Source: a virus
Taxonomy: Duplodnaviria > Heunggongvirae > Uroviricota > Caudoviricetes
DNA length: 64,000 bases
Virus record (IMG/VR): IMGVR_UViG_3300017722_002988
Location: 131,760 to 195,759 of that record
Strand: one strand, 5' to 3'
Shown here: in pieces, positions 9,302 through 19,326 of the stretch
How positions within the stretch are numbered: position 1 is the first letter of the stretch
Layout of the letters: each line of letters opens with the position of its first letter
The notes under the pieces: generated by a model
Told to the model about the DNA's origin: nothing
Database searches by the model: none
What the model saw: only the letters and a program-made list of their open reading frames with translations
Made by a program: the position numbers and the translations under genes

Positions 9302-10119
9302 CTCTACGCAATGAACAGGGTTATTTGACCTTGATGGAAGAGATCATGTCGTACGGAAGCGACAGGATGGATCGCACGGGAACAGGATCTAGAGCCCTGT
9401 TTGGTCGCCAAATAACCTATGATCTAGAAAATTGGCAGCTCCCTTTGCTGACAACTAAGAAAGTTCAGATTGTATCCATCATCAAGGAACTACTCTGGTT
9501 CCTGCGAGGCGAGACAAATATCAAGACTCTAGGCTGTGGCATTTGGGATCAATGGGCGGATGAGCACGGCGATCTGGGGCCCATCTACGGAAAGCAGTGG
9601 CGCTCTTGGACCAAGTATGACAAATATGATGGAACGCCTGAGGGCATTGATCAAATCGCTCAGGTGATGAGGTCTCTTAAGGACAACCCATTTAGTCGGA
9701 GGCACGTTGTCACAGCTTGGAACCCAGCTGACGTAGACGATGTTGCTCTTCCGCCTTGCCACTGTTTTTTCCAATTCTTCGTCGCTGATGGAAAACTAAG
9801 TTGCCAGCTGTATCAACGATCGGCTGACTTCTTTATTGGGGTTCCGTTTAATATTGCTTCATATTCCATTTTGACTATGATGATGGCCAAGGTACTTGGG
9901 TACGAACCAGGAAAGTTTGTCCATACTATGGGCGACGTTCATATCTACCACGATCATTTTGATGCAGTCGACACTCAACTAGGGCGTGAGCATCTAATCA
10001 AGGATTTTCCTAAAATTCACGTAGCCTCTAGAGATGATATTGATAGCTTTGAGCTGACTGATTTTACCATTATCGGCTATGAACCTGAACCGTTTATTTC
10101 CGCGCCCGTGGCTAAATAA
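9286..10119 (+). CDS. thyA: Thymidylate synthase
   Basis: DRTGTG, GDLGPIYGKQWR, LPPCH, YQRSADFFIGVPFNIASY. Confidence 0.97.
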   Translation: MEKDLTLRNEQGYLTLMEEIMSYGSDRMDRTGTGSRALFGRQITYDLENWQLPLLTTKKVQIVSIIKELLWFLRGETNIKTLGCGIWDQWADEHGDLGPIYGKQWRSWTKYDKYDGTPEGIDQIAQVMRSLKDNPFSRRHVVTAWNPADVDDVALPPCHCFFQFFVADGKLSCQLYQRSADFFIGVPFNIASYSILTMMMAKVLGYEPGKFVHTMGDVHIYHDHFDAVDTQLGREHLIKDFPKIHVASRDDIDSFELTDFTIIGYEPEPFISAPVAK

Positions 10120-10184
10120 GAATATAAAAAGCAACTACTTAACTTCTAACAATTAGCAGCCGAGTGGTTGCACATAGGAAACGA

Positions 10185-12470
10185 ATGTCAGTCATCAGTA
10201 TTACTAAAAGAAACGGCCAGAAAGAGCCTCTCAATATTGCCAAAATCCACAGGGTTGTTTCCTGGGCATGTGAGGATATAGCCGGGGTCTCAGCTTCTGA
10301 ACTGGAGATCCAGTCTCAACTCAAGTTCAACAACAACATGTCCAGTGCTGACATTCAAGAGACTCTGATTCAAGCTGCGGCTAACCTGATTAGCATTGAG
10401 TCTCCTGGTTATCAATATGTCGCCAGCCGCCTGATCAACTACCACCTCCGCAAACAAGTCTACGCACAACCACACCCCGGCAGCCTAGCCGATCTTCTGC
10501 GTAGAAACATCAAGGCCGGCATCTACACCCCGGAGTATCTAGAATGGTACACCGATGAAGAGATCGATCAGATCGATTCGTTCATCAATCACGACCGAGA
10601 CTTCAACATCGCCTATGCCGGGATGGAACAATTTCGAGGTAAGTATCTGGTCAAAGATCGGACTACCGGCCAGATCTTTGAAACTCCCCAGATGGCGTAC
10701 GTCTTGATCGCCGCAGCCCTGTTCCATAGTTACCCCAAAGAGACCCGTCTGAAGTGGGTCAAGGATTACTATGACGCAACCTCTAGGTTCGATATCTCTC
10801 TGCCGACGCCGATCATGGCCGGGCTTAGGACTCCGCAGAAGCAGTTTAGCTCGTGTGTCCTGATCGACTCGGACGACTCGCTGGATTCCATCATCGCTAC
10901 AACTGGTGCCGTGGTCAAGTACGTCTCCAAGAAAGCTGGCATCGGTATCAACGGCGGCCGGATCCGTGCTGAAAAGTCTAAGGTTCGGAACGGCGATACT
11001 GCCACGACTGGTCCACGTGGCTATTGGAGATTATTCCAAGACGCTACAAAATCTTGCTCCCAGGGGGGTGTCAGAGGCGGCGCTGCGACACTATATTGGC
11101 CTGCATGGCACCTTGACTTTGAAGACCTCATCGTCGTGAAGAATGGCAAGGGCACAGAGTTTAATCGTATCCGCCAAATGGATTACGGTGTTCAATTCAA
11201 CAAGCTCATGTATGAACGTCTACTGTCCGGCGGCGACATTACACTCTTCTCGCCTCACGAAGTTCCAGGCTTGTACGAAGCCTTCTTTAAGGACCAAGAT
11301 AAGTTCAAGGAGATCTACGAGGCAGCCGAACGCTCTACTAAGTTCCGCAAGAAGACGATCAAGGCTTCCGAGCTCTTCTCCATGTTCATGACTGAACGTA
11401 AGGAGACCGGCCGAGTCTACTTCATGAACGTCGATCACTGCAACGAGCATAGCTCGTTCATCACCGAGATGGCAGCGATCTACATGTCGAACCTGTGCAC
11501 TGAGATCACCTTGCCGACCATCCCACTGGATGACTTGAAAGATCCTGAAGGCGAAATCGCGCTGTGCACTCTGTCAGCCAACAACCTCGGTCGCATCAAC
11601 AAGGACTTTAGAGGCCTTGAGAAAATCGCAGATCTAACGGTTCGCGGGTTGGATGCTCTTCTATCCTACCAAGACTATCCAGTCCCAGCAGCCGAGCGCG
11701 CAACGATGTATCGTCGTCCGTTGGGTATCGGCCTGATTAACCTGGCCTATTGGATGGCCAAGAACGATATGACTTACTCCGACCCAGATCTCGAGAAGAT
11801 CGATGAGCTGGTCGAAGCTTGGTCGTACTATCTAATCAAGTCTTCCGTGGACCTGGCCGAAGAATTTGGCCCTTGCCCAGGATGGAAGGAGACTAAATAC
11901 TCCCTCGGCATCACTCCTAATATGACCTACAAGAAGTCGGTTGACGAGTTGGTGCCCCACAAGGAGCGCATGCCTTGGGGACCACTCCGTGAGCGCATGC
12001 AAATCATCGGTATCCGCAACTCAACACTTATGGCTCAAATGCCGGCCGAGACGTCTGCTCAAACCAGCAACTCGACCAACGGACTGAACCCAGTTCCTGA
12101 TCTTGTCACTGTCAAGAAGTCCAAGGATGGCGTTCTGGCTCAAGTTGTTCCTGAGGTTGCCCGCCTGAAGAACAAGTACGAACTCAAGTGGACCATGAAG
12201 TCGCCACAGGGTTACCTGAAAGTAATGGCTGTATTCCAGAAATACATCGATCAGGCCATGTCGATCAACACTCCGTATAACCCGGCCTTCTATGAAAATG
12301 AAGAGATCCCAATGTCTGTTCTGATTGGTGACATGCTCTTCATGTATAAGTATGGCCTCAAGACCGGTTATTATTTTGAAACCCATGACGGCGCTGGAGA
12401 AGAGGAAGCAGTTCCTACTGAAACGGTAGTCGATGAAGATGAAGAAGAATGCTCAGCATGCGTACTGTAA
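10185..12470 (+). CDS. nrdA: Ribonucleotide reductase class Ia alpha subunit
   Basis: ATP cone, QFSSCVL, SNLCTEI, PAETSAQ, GLKTGYY, C-terminal CSAC. Confidence 0.97.
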   Translation: MSVISITKRNGQKEPLNIAKIHRVVSWACEDIAGVSASELEIQSQLKFNNNMSSADIQETLIQAAANLISIESPGYQYVASRLINYHLRKQVYAQPHPGSLADLLRRNIKAGIYTPEYLEWYTDEEIDQIDSFINHDRDFNIAYAGMEQFRGKYLVKDRTTGQIFETPQMAYVLIAAALFHSYPKETRLKWVKDYYDATSRFDISLPTPIMAGLRTPQKQFSSCVLIDSDDSLDSIIATTGAVVKYVSKKAGIGINGGRIRAEKSKVRNGDTATTGPRGYWRLFQDATKSCSQGGVRGGAATLYWPAWHLDFEDLIVVKNGKGTEFNRIRQMDYGVQFNKLMYERLLSGGDITLFSPHEVPGLYEAFFKDQDKFKEIYEAAERSTKFRKKTIKASELFSMFMTERKETGRVYFMNVDHCNEHSSFITEMAAIYMSNLCTEITLPTIPLDDLKDPEGEIALCTLSANNLGRINKDFRGLEKIADLTVRGLDALLSYQDYPVPAAERATMYRRPLGIGLINLAYWMAKNDMTYSDPDLEKIDELVEAWSYYLIKSSVDLAEEFGPCPGWKETKYSLGITPNMTYKKSVDELVPHKERMPWGPLRERMQIIGIRNSTLMAQMPAETSAQTSNSTNGLNPVPDLVTVKKSKDGVLAQVVPEVARLKNKYELKWTMKSPQGYLKVMAVFQKYIDQAMSINTPYNPAFYENEEIPMSVLIGDMLFMYKYGLKTGYYFETHDGAGEEEAVPTETVVDEDEEECSACVL

Positions 12471-13540
12471 AGAAACACCACACCGACAAGATGATGTTCT
12501 TGGACGGACCGGTCGAAATCTCACGTTACGATGTCGTTAAGTATCCGTTCCTAGACAAGCTGACTCAAAAGCAGCTTGGGTTCTTCTGGCGACCAGAGAA
12601 AACAGATATCACGCAGGACCAAAAAGACTTCAAGGGTCTATCGATGGGCGAGCAGCACATCTTCACGTCCAATCTGAAGCGCCAGATTGTTCTCGATACC
12701 AAGCAGGGATCCGCTCCTGCCACCATCCTCGGCCCTCTTGTTTCTCTGCCTGAGCTTGAAACGTGGGTCATGACGTGGACTTTCTTCGAGACTATTCACT
12801 CTAGGTCCTACACTCATATCATCCGTAACATTTATCCGAAGCCATCCGAGGTGTTCGATACGGTTATGGACATTCCTGAGATCGTAGAATGCGCTGCTGA
12901 CATTGGCAAGTACTATGATCGCCTAGAGAAGCTGACGGCTTATCGAATCGGCCATAAGGTTTCTGATCGTGATCGGTACGAGCTGAAGAAAGCGCTATGG
13001 CTCTGCTTGAACGCTATCAACGCCCTCGAGGGCATCCGCTTCTATGTCTCGTTCGCTTGCTCGTGGGCATTTGCCGAGATGAAGAAGATGGAGGGCAATG
13101 CCAAGATCATCAAGGAGATTGCTCGCGATGAAAACCTACACCTGGCGTCGACCCAACAGATCCTGAAGATCTTGCCGAAAGACGATCCTGACTTCGTTCA
13201 GATCGCCGAGGAGTGTGCTCCAGAGGTTCTCCAGATGTTCATGGACGTCATTAATCAGGAGAAGACCTGGGCCAAGTTCCTCTTCACGAAGGGATCCATG
13301 ATCGGCCTGAACGAAGAGATCATGTGTGATTACGTAGACTTCATTGGTAACAAGCGCATGCGAGCTATCGGCATTGAGTCTCCGTTCAAGAGTGGCCCTA
13401 ACCCCCTGCCGTGGACCCAAAAGTGGATCGCCGGCGCGGACGTTCAGGTTGCTCCGCAAGAGACAGAAGTCGAGGCATACATTGAAGGTGGGGTCAAACA
13501 AGACCTGAAAGCTGACACATTTGCTGGGTTTTCTCTTTGA
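12458..13540 (+). CDS. nrdB: Ribonucleotide reductase class Ia beta subunit
   Basis: FFWRPE, ETIHSRSYTHI, EGIRFYVSF, RDENLH, VAPQETE. Confidence 0.97.
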   Translation: MRTVKKHHTDKMMFLDGPVEISRYDVVKYPFLDKLTQKQLGFFWRPEKTDITQDQKDFKGLSMGEQHIFTSNLKRQIVLDTKQGSAPATILGPLVSLPELETWVMTWTFFETIHSRSYTHIIRNIYPKPSEVFDTVMDIPEIVECAADIGKYYDRLEKLTAYRIGHKVSDRDRYELKKALWLCLNAINALEGIRFYVSFACSWAFAEMKKMEGNAKIIKEIARDENLHLASTQQILKILPKDDPDFVQIAEECAPEVLQMFMDVINQEKTWAKFLFTKGSMIGLNEEIMCDYVDFIGNKRMRAIGIESPFKSGPNPLPWTQKWIAGADVQVAPQETEVEAYIEGGVKQDLKADTFAGFSL

Positions 13541-13594
13541 TACATAGGTTCATGGGACAGTGATTTCCAGAACAACGACTTAGGGTAACCCACA

Positions 13595-13771
13595 ATGATT
13601 AATAAGCTAACAGTTTTCACATGTACAGGATGTGATGCCGAGTTTGGTATCATCCCTCATACTGATTTCGAAGAAGAAGATGTAACATTCTGCCCAATGT
13701 GTGGTGATCCAGTAGAATCAGACGCAGACCTGGACAACCTCTACACTGACGAAGATGAAGACGACGACTAA
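13595..13771 (+). CDS. 58 aa Zn-ribbon protein with acidic tail (not in ORF track)
   Basis: Hand translation: CTGC...FCPMCG...DEDEDDD. Confidence 0.65.
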   Translation: MINKLTVFTCTGCDAEFGIIPHTDFEEEDVTFCPMCGDPVESDADLDNLYTDEDEDDD

Positions 13772-13792
13772 GAACTAAGACTTGGAGGTCCA

Positions 13793-13800
13793 CATAAATA
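13793..13800 (+). promoter_or_regulatory. T4-type late promoter (CATAAATA)
   Basis: Consensus match upstream of ORF 13825. Confidence 0.55.
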
Positions 13801-13824
13801 CCCTAAGAAGATTAGGAGTTGTTT

Positions 13825-14286
13825 ATGTGGACCTATCAGGGTGAGCCATTCGATCCAGAAGAAGCAAAAAACTGGTTCGGAGCTGTGTACATTATATGCA
13901 ACACAGTCAATAATAGAAAATACATAGGACGGAAGTGTTTCACAGCGGCTGGCCGTAAGACTGTGAAAGGCAAAGTCAAGAAGATTCGCAAGGATTCAGA
14001 TTGGCTCACCTACTATGGAAGCTCCGATGAGCTTAAAGCCGATATCGAAAGACTAGGCAAAGACAAATTCACCAGAGAGATCGTCAAGCTGGTTAAGACC
14101 CGTGGCGAATTAAACTATTGGGAAACCAAGTACATCATAGATGCCGAGGCCATTCTTAGGTCCTCGTACTATAATGCTTGGTTCTCTGCTAAGATTCATT
14201 CTGGTCACGTGAAGTCGCTTTGGATTGACGACAAGGAACCTGATGACAAAAGACCAAATGGCCAAGATGCTGGAGATGGAATCTAA
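13825..14286 (+). CDS. GIY-YIG family nuclease (Seg-like)
   Basis: GAVYIICNTVNNRKYIGRK...YYGSS...FTREI...E...YYN. Confidence 0.8.
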   Translation: MWTYQGEPFDPEEAKNWFGAVYIICNTVNNRKYIGRKCFTAAGRKTVKGKVKKIRKDSDWLTYYGSSDELKADIERLGKDKFTREIVKLVKTRGELNYWETKYIIDAEAILRSSYYNAWFSAKIHSGHVKSLWIDDKEPDDKRPNGQDAGDGI

Positions 14287-14452
14287 GGGCTGGGAGACTA
14301 TCTACTTTCCTAATGCGCCAGGTTACATGTTCGAAATTTTTGGTGGCGATCAGTTCATGATGAGTGAGAATCGCAACCTCATCATGGTCAACGGAGCCGG
14401 TGAAGTTTACTGGCCGAGATGGACGCTTCGAGAAGAACCTAACAATCATTGA
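14243..14452 (+). CDS. Hypothetical protein
   Basis: AAGGA RBS then ATG; overlaps the GIY-YIG 3' end. Confidence 0.45.
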   Translation: MTKDQMAKMLEMESKGWETIYFPNAPGYMFEIFGGDQFMMSENRNLIMVNGAGEVYWPRWTLREEPNNH

Positions 14453-14467
14453 TAATGGAGAAGACCT

Positions 14468-14755
14468 ATGGGTAAGAAAATCATGCGTAAAGGCTACGGC
14501 GGATCCAAGAAGATCCACAGCACCGTGGCTCGGTCGACTGTCGTTGCGGCTAACGCTGCCCGCAGTCCACTGGACAAGATGGCTGGCATCCAACGCGCCT
14601 GGAAAGCTGGGTTGAACCCCTGGCTGACGGTGGATAACCGCAACAACGATCCGAAGAACAACAAGCCGTTTATTCGGGTCCGCTCTAATGACTATTGGGG
14701 TAAGCCCTCCGCTGGTTATTCCATGGGCAAGCAGCCTGATGGAGCCTCTGCGTGA
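14468..14755 (+). CDS. Conserved basic hypothetical protein
   Basis: AWKAGLNPWLTVDN...KPFIRV motif seen in T4-like phages. Confidence 0.6.
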   Translation: MGKKIMRKGYGGSKKIHSTVARSTVVAANAARSPLDKMAGIQRAWKAGLNPWLTVDNRNNDPKNNKPFIRVRSNDYWGKPSAGYSMGKQPDGASA

Positions 14756-14997
14756 TCGAGGGGTCTATCAAAGTCTACTGGCGTCCTGATTGTAAGTTCT
14801 GCGATCTAGCCAAGAACCTACTGAACAGTAAAGGTCTCTCTTATGAGACGGTGCAGCTTGGTGAGGATATGTCAAAAGAGTATTTCAAGATGATCAATCC
14901 TGGTATCGAGAAGGTTCCGGCTATTTTCATCGACGAGAAATACATCGGCGGCTACAGCGAACTCAAGGGGATGCTTATCCCTGCAGAAGGAAATTGA
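14752..14997 (+). CDS. nrdC: Glutaredoxin
   Basis: CKFC, KVPAIFID, IGGY. Confidence 0.9.
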   Translation: MIEGSIKVYWRPDCKFCDLAKNLLNSKGLSYETVQLGEDMSKEYFKMINPGIEKVPAIFIDEKYIGGYSELKGMLIPAEGN

Positions 14998-15239
14998 TTA
15001 TGACCAGAGACGATTACATCACTATTCTCAAAGAGAAGGTTCTTCGTGTCACGTTTACTAAGGTTGACGGAACAGAAAGAACTATGGACGTCACGCTGAG
15101 AGCTGATATGCTTCCTCCACCGGAAGAGACTGCTGGCACTAAGGCAATCAATCCTGACGTAGTCGCAGCATACGACATCAACGAGCAGCACTGGAAGTCC
15201 TTCAGGGTCGATAGTGTACTGCAAGCGATTGATAACTGA
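14994..15239 (+). CDS. SH3-like WYL_2/DUF2693-type small protein
   Basis: VTFTKVDGTER.M..TL...YD.....WKSFR. Confidence 0.7.
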   Translation: MIMTRDDYITILKEKVLRVTFTKVDGTERTMDVTLRADMLPPPEETAGTKAINPDVVAAYDINEQHWKSFRVDSVLQAIDN

Positions 15240-15332
15240 TATATAACTACACCAAAGGGCCATAATCCGGAGGACTTTTCCTGAGGATTATGTCTTTCAT
15301 ATCCTCATCACTTAGTAATCGAGGATACGAAT

Positions 15333-15698
15333 ATGGACGCATGGGGTTGGCTCACAACTATCGACGCACGCTACTGCAACGAAAACATTAACTCTCCCGA
15401 GATCATTCAAGATTTCGTTGATGAGATCTTGGAAAAGATCGAGATGGTTCCTATCGGTGGAACACATATTCTCTGGTGTGACACCCATGACCCGGCAAAA
15501 ATTGGATATTCGGTTTATCAGCTACTCCAAGACTCGAATATCTCGATTCATTTCTGCCCTGCTAATCAGAACCAGGCGTATCTGGATATCTTTTCATGCA
15601 AGCCTTATGAGGCTGCCACTGTTGTAGACATCTTCCTTAAGCATTTTGCTCCTGAGAAGTATGTGTCCAACTTTCATGAGAGAGTAGCACCAACCTAG
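15333..15698 (+). CDS. speD: S-adenosylmethionine decarboxylase-like proenzyme
   Basis: GYSVYQLLQDSNISIHF...AYLDIFSCK. Confidence 0.75.
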   Translation: MDAWGWLTTIDARYCNENINSPEIIQDFVDEILEKIEMVPIGGTHILWCDTHDPAKIGYSVYQLLQDSNISIHFCPANQNQAYLDIFSCKPYEAATVVDIFLKHFAPEKYVSNFHERVAPT

Positions 15699-15709
15699 GA
15701 GACAACACC

Positions 15710-15979
15710 ATGCAATTTAAGATGAGCCAGAAGGAACGTGAGGACTCCGATAAGTGGATGGCCAACGTAGCGCTCCCAGCAGCATTGGCATATCAGCGAG
15801 CGACCTATTCGAAGCCGACTGCTGAAATGAAAGAGTGCTGGGATTATAAGCAGCCGCATGGTGTCAGCACTTACTACGAGTTCTCGAACAGCTCCGGTAT
15901 CGGTCAGAGCGTCAAGGTGATGATCAAGGTGACCGGCTTCTCGATCAAGGCTAATTTTACGGATTATGACACATGGTGA
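15710..15979 (+). CDS. Hypothetical protein
   Basis: RBS plus 89 aa ORF; SSGIG motif. Confidence 0.6.
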   Translation: MQFKMSQKEREDSDKWMANVALPAALAYQRATYSKPTAEMKECWDYKQPHGVSTYYEFSNSSGIGQSVKVMIKVTGFSIKANFTDYDTW

Positions 15980-16959
15980 TTGACACAAACGAAGTATCTT
16001 CTAAGGCCATGGGTGGAACTGAACTCATGGCCTTAGGCCTATCTGAGCGGCTTGCCTGGAGCAAGCGTGTTAACTCTGAAAAGTTCCAAATCGTCTGCAG
16101 CCGAGTAAGAGATCTGGATGAATCAAAGTTCCGGATCTTCTGGGCACACGATCTGCCAGGAGATCCGGAGTCTGAGTTCCTTCATGACCCCCAGCTAAGA
16201 GACCGGTTCCATCGATTTGTGTTCGTCTCGAACTGGCAACTCTGGGGCTACGCTCAACGATACAACCTACCGATGGAACGCTGCGTGGTCATCCCGAACG
16301 CCATCACCCCAATTCCGAACCATGAGAAACCGGATCCCGATAAGCGAATCAACCTGATCTACTTCTCAACCCCGCACCGTGGGTTGGAACTCCTGAAGCC
16401 AGTCTACGACCTGCTGTATCAGCAATACGGTGACAAGATCCACCTCGACGTTTATAGCTCCTTCAACCTTTACGGTTGGGGTGAGAGAGACGTTCCATAT
16501 CAGTCCCTCTTTGATTCAATGGAGGAGCATCCAGGCATCACCAACCACGGCGCACAACCTAACTCGGTGATTCGTGCTGCTCTTGAGAAGGCTCACATTC
16601 TGGCCTATCCGAGCATTTGGCCAGAGACGAGTTGCCTGGTCCTTATTGAGGCTATGTCTGCTGGGCTAGTGTGCGTCCATTCAAACCTGGCGGCACTGCC
16701 TGAGACCTCGGGCGGGTTAACGAAACAGTATACTTTCCACCCAGATCCAAGCGTCCATGCCAACAAATTTCATCAAGAACTTTCTTGGGCGATAAAAAAC
16801 TACAGGGGCCCATGTACTTATTCTTCAAGGCATGCTAAACTGGTACATGAGTGGGGGACTGTCCTTGTCAAGTGGGAAGACCTGCTTGAAGAGGTTAAGA
16901 CCCTCGACCCACCGAAAGCCTTCCCAAGGGGGGAAGTGTTCTCCATTAAGGTTCCTTAA
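15973..16959 (+). CDS. GT-B glycosyltransferase (family 4-like)
   Basis: GGTE, HRFVFVSNWQ, IPNAI, STPHRGL, AYPSIWPETSC..LIEAM..G. Confidence 0.85.
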   Translation: MVIDTNEVSSKAMGGTELMALGLSERLAWSKRVNSEKFQIVCSRVRDLDESKFRIFWAHDLPGDPESEFLHDPQLRDRFHRFVFVSNWQLWGYAQRYNLPMERCVVIPNAITPIPNHEKPDPDKRINLIYFSTPHRGLELLKPVYDLLYQQYGDKIHLDVYSSFNLYGWGERDVPYQSLFDSMEEHPGITNHGAQPNSVIRAALEKAHILAYPSIWPETSCLVLIEAMSAGLVCVHSNLAALPETSGGLTKQYTFHPDPSVHANKFHQELSWAIKNYRGPCTYSSRHAKLVHEWGTVLVKWEDLLEEVKTLDPPKAFPRGEVFSIKVP

Positions 16960-16961
16960 TC

Positions 16962-18113
16962 ATGTCGACTGCCACTATCAAGAAGCGCGGTACCGGTACA
17001 CAGAAACCCAAGAAGATTCCTCTTCCCCGTACACCAAAGATGGTGGACACCAAATATCTCGGACTCGAGCCTGAACTCGAGGGTCTCGATCTGGAGAACA
17101 ACGATGTTCGACTGACTCGGGCTTACACCTGGTACAACCACTTCTATGGGCCGCCTGAGGCCAAAAAGTGGGCTGTGGACTATTACACCAAAGTCAGCCC
17201 AGCCACCGCCAAGACGCTCCAACGCGTCCCTGAGGCCTACTTCTCCACGACCGTGGGTTGGTTGTGCCGAATGATGGATCGTGGCACTGTGCTGCCGACT
17301 CAGAGCCGGGCATTCCTCCAACAGAAACTCTTGGAGATGACTCAGATCGCTGAGCGTCAGGTCGAGAAGAAGGCCGTCAAAGCGATTGACCGCGGATATA
17401 CCCCGCCTCCCCAAGATGCTGTTATCGCCGAAGTGGAATCGATGCTCGACGGCTTCTACGCCTCGGATTATTCCGTTCCGTTCGACATGTACGATTACCT
17501 CCAAAAGAACGATATCAAGAAAGGCTGGGCCAAGGCCATCGCCGAGTATTATCGCCCTTTGATGGCTGAGCTGCGCCTCTTGATGACCAAGAAGGACAAA
17601 GACCTCAACGAGGCCTATACCAAACTGACCAAGAAGCAGATCGACACTTACCTGAAGCTGCTGTACAGCATCATCGAGGACAGCGAGCGTTGGTACGCCA
17701 ACAAGGCCAAGACCATTCGAACTGCTCGTGCTCCCAAGAAGAAGTCGACCGAACAGCTTCTGAAATATTTCCACTACATGAAGGATATGCCTGCGTTGAA
17801 GGTGGTGTCCATCGACCCCGCCTCGATTATCGGCGCCTCTACCTTGTATGCCTACAATCATAAATACAAGAAGCTGATCGTCTACACCGCCAAGGATGGT
17901 GAGACGCTCTCAATCAAGGGCACCAGCATCATCAATTATGATGAGAGCAAGGTCCAAGGCAAGAACCTCCGCAAGCCTGAGGTGCAACTCCAGACCTACC
18001 TGAATGGTACGGCTGCCTTCATGAAGAAACGCTATGAAGAAATCAACTCCAAACCTTCCATCCCCTCCGGGCGTATCTCTGAAGATGTGCTCCTACTAAA
18101 AGTGTTCAAATGA
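16962..18113 (+). CDS. Conserved T4-like hypothetical protein
   Basis: 383 aa ORF with phage codon usage; GRISED.LLL C-terminus. Confidence 0.7.
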   Translation: MSTATIKKRGTGTQKPKKIPLPRTPKMVDTKYLGLEPELEGLDLENNDVRLTRAYTWYNHFYGPPEAKKWAVDYYTKVSPATAKTLQRVPEAYFSTTVGWLCRMMDRGTVLPTQSRAFLQQKLLEMTQIAERQVEKKAVKAIDRGYTPPPQDAVIAEVESMLDGFYASDYSVPFDMYDYLQKNDIKKGWAKAIAEYYRPLMAELRLLMTKKDKDLNEAYTKLTKKQIDTYLKLLYSIIEDSERWYANKAKTIRTARAPKKKSTEQLLKYFHYMKDMPALKVVSIDPASIIGASTLYAYNHKYKKLIVYTAKDGETLSIKGTSIINYDESKVQGKNLRKPEVQLQTYLNGTAAFMKKRYEEINSKPSIPSGRISEDVLLLKVFK

Positions 18114-18412
18114 GTGCAAGAATATACCCGTTCCCGAAACGGCAAAAGCAAGAGAGTCCTTCAGGATTCCGAGATAAACTAACTGAGATTGAGGAGACGG
18201 TCGATGAGATCGTCCCCGAACTCTTAGGAATGTTAATAACTGCCGGTTACGACGTATCCGGGGACGCATATGTCCAAGACGTCGCACTCATAGTTGAATC
18301 AATGAAGGCCATTATGTTTAGATCCGAAGCAATGGATCATGGCCTTCATAAGATTAGCGACAGAATCAACGTCACTGACTTGAATACCGCCTGCGCTAAC
18401 ACAGCAAGATAA
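18110..18412 (+). CDS. Hypothetical protein
   Basis: ATGA-coupled 100 aa ORF. Confidence 0.55.
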   Translation: MSARIYPFPKRQKQESPSGFRDKLTEIEETVDEIVPELLGMLITAGYDVSGDAYVQDVALIVESMKAIMFRSEAMDHGLHKISDRINVTDLNTACANTAR

Positions 18413-18434
18413 CCCACCCTTGAAAGTTTAGATT

Positions 18435-19307
18435 ATGCAAATTCTCGACCTCAATCAGGTCATGCTAGCCAGCATGTTCGTCCAGATTAGCAACTCCAAG
18501 AATGCTGAGGTCGATGAAGGCCTCATTCGGCACATGGCGTTGAACTCGATCCGAGCCTATAACCAAAAGTTCAAATCCAAATACGGCGAACTGGTCATCG
18601 CATGTGACTCCCGCTATTATTGGCGCAAGGACGTCTTCCCCTATTACAAGGCCAACCGCAAGAAGAACCGAGACGAGTCCCCGCTGGACTGGGAGGTCAT
18701 CTTCAAAGCACTCCATAACATCCGCGACGAGCTGAAGGAGTACTTCCCGTATCGCATCATCGAGGTAGATGGTGCCGAGGCTGATGACATCATTGCTACC
18801 CTCTGCTTCGAGTATGGGATGAACTTCGGTCAGCGTATTCTGATCATCTCTGGCGACAAGGACTTCGTCCAACTTCACAACCATCCTGCCGTCGATCAGT
18901 TCAATCCGATCCTCAAGAAGTGGGTTAAGCACAATTCACCCGAGGCATATTTGAAGGAACACGTCATCAAGGGCGATACCGGCGATGGTGTTCCCAACGT
19001 CCTTTCCAATGACGATGTGCTCGTTCGCGGTGTTCGCCAGGCAACCCTGACTGCCGGCAGACTCGAGGCTCTCCTGAAGGAAGATTACGAAGCTGATTGT
19101 CTTAAAAAGGTAATTTCGCCAGAAACACTCCAAAGGAATCTTGCCCGCAACCGCCTTCTCATAAATATGTCTGAGATACCACAACGAATCCAAGATGAGA
19201 TCTTGGCATCATTTAATGCGCAGGAAGGAAAACCTCGCAAAGATTTGTTCAACTATTTCGTGAAGTTCAAACTTAAGAACCTCATGGAAGCAATCGGTGA
19301 TTTCTGA
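18435..19307 (+). CDS. rnh: RNase H / 5'-3' exonuclease (T4 Rnh-like)
   Basis: DLNQ, YWRK..FPYYKANRK, EADDII, SGDKDF.QL, GDTGDGVPN. Confidence 0.93.
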   Translation: MQILDLNQVMLASMFVQISNSKNAEVDEGLIRHMALNSIRAYNQKFKSKYGELVIACDSRYYWRKDVFPYYKANRKKNRDESPLDWEVIFKALHNIRDELKEYFPYRIIEVDGAEADDIIATLCFEYGMNFGQRILIISGDKDFVQLHNHPAVDQFNPILKKWVKHNSPEAYLKEHVIKGDTGDGVPNVLSNDDVLVRGVRQATLTAGRLEALLKEDYEADCLKKVISPETLQRNLARNRLLINMSEIPQRIQDEILASFNAQEGKPRKDLFNYFVKFKLKNLMEAIGDF

Positions 19308-19326
19308 TCACCACGGAGACTAGACA

